Source: Octopus sinensis (lineage: Eukaryota). From it: a stretch of DNA of 64,000 nucleotides. The notes under the pieces were generated by a model. That model was given only the letters and a program-made list of their open reading frames with translations, searched no databases and was not told where the DNA came from. This document shows, in pieces, positions 63,551 through 64,000 of this stretch (position 1 is the first letter of the stretch; every line of letters begins with the position of its first letter). The DNA is taken from assembly GCF_006345805.1 (NCBI RefSeq), contig NC_042997.1, positions 62,062,001-62,126,000 on the forward strand. Reading direction: 5' to 3'. Made by a program: the position numbers and the translations under genes.

Positions 63551-63945
63551 AAGAAAACAGGATGATTAAATTAATGATTATTTATTAATTACAAAATTGG
63601 ACATCATCCCTGGCAGCTGTTTCGATTCAATACTTCAGAAATTAATAAGTATAAATAAAAACATTTTAATGTTGAATCTCATCGGAGGTGGCAAAAGAAA
63701 TACAATTACATATTCATATAGTAGTGTGTTGAGTGTACGGAGCAAATCCGTTGCTCTGTACACTCAACACACAACTATATGAATATGTAATTGGATATCT
63801 TCTGCCACCTCCGATGAGATTCAACATTAAAATGTTTTTAATTATACTTATTAATTTCTGAAGTATTGAATCGAAACAGCTGCCAGGGATGAAGTCCAAT
63901 TTTGTAATTAATAAATAATTATTAATTTATTCGTTTCTATTTTCT

Positions 63946-63951
<6 letters not shown>
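63545..63951. repeat. ~400-bp near-perfect palindrome (fold-back) flanked by (TA)n
   Basis: Centre GAGCAA-atccg-TTGCTC (loop 63746-63750); 8 mismatches counted over the inner ~180 bp of each arm; explains the twin ORFs 63597-63782 and 63714-63899. Confidence 0.97.
63808..63887 (+). ncRNA. Minimal type-I hammerhead ribozyme motif, probably inactive (mirror copy on - at 63609-63688)
   Basis: CCT-CCGATGA-GATTCAA...TTGAATC-GAAA-CAGCTG-CC-AGG: stem I CCT/AGG, 7-bp stem II, palindromic stem III; two departures from the consensus core (U4C, and GCC for GUC). Confidence 0.65.

Positions 63952-64000
<49 letters not shown>

Noticed and set aside
63597-63899. Twin 61-aa ORFs as a duplicated peptide gene
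   Set aside because: They are an automatic consequence of the palindrome, begin with TTG and are AT-rich without domain features.

Overview
Repeat-saturated, AT-rich eukaryotic DNA. The tRNA-derived SINE families, RTE/CR1/Penelope retroelements and very dense (TA)n/(CA)n/(TATG)n microsatellites point to a coleoid cephalopod, most likely Octopus (inference from repeat content, not a database search). Two host genes can be reconstructed from splice signals, mostly from exons too short for the ORF track. (1) The last three coding exons of an OSR1/SPAK (OXSR1/STK39/fray) kinase on + (175-243, 7923-7987, 8482-8580). (2) A complete three-exon gene on - (29992-29882, 24467-24376, 23152-22930) for a 141-aa four-EF-hand calmodulin-like protein with two non-canonical N-lobe loops and a possible in-frame 39-nt cassette exon. 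Most of the rest is mobile DNA: four copies of a CR1-group LINE (two near full length, with a CCCH-finger ORF1 remnant), several RTE LINEs (one 5'-inverted, one internally deleted), three Penelope-like remnants, mariner/Tc1/Tigger/hAT elements and MITEs, Helentron-like mini-elements, a Gypsy integrase fragment and many SINEs. The most unusual structures are two long fold-back palindromes (63545-63951 and 37142-37637). The first carries a minimal hammerhead-ribozyme motif in each arm; the second has only a truncated hammerhead-like core. No rRNA, intact tRNA or CRISPR array was found. Repeat boundaries are approximate (about 10-30 bp) unless TIR, TSD or splice sites are quoted.
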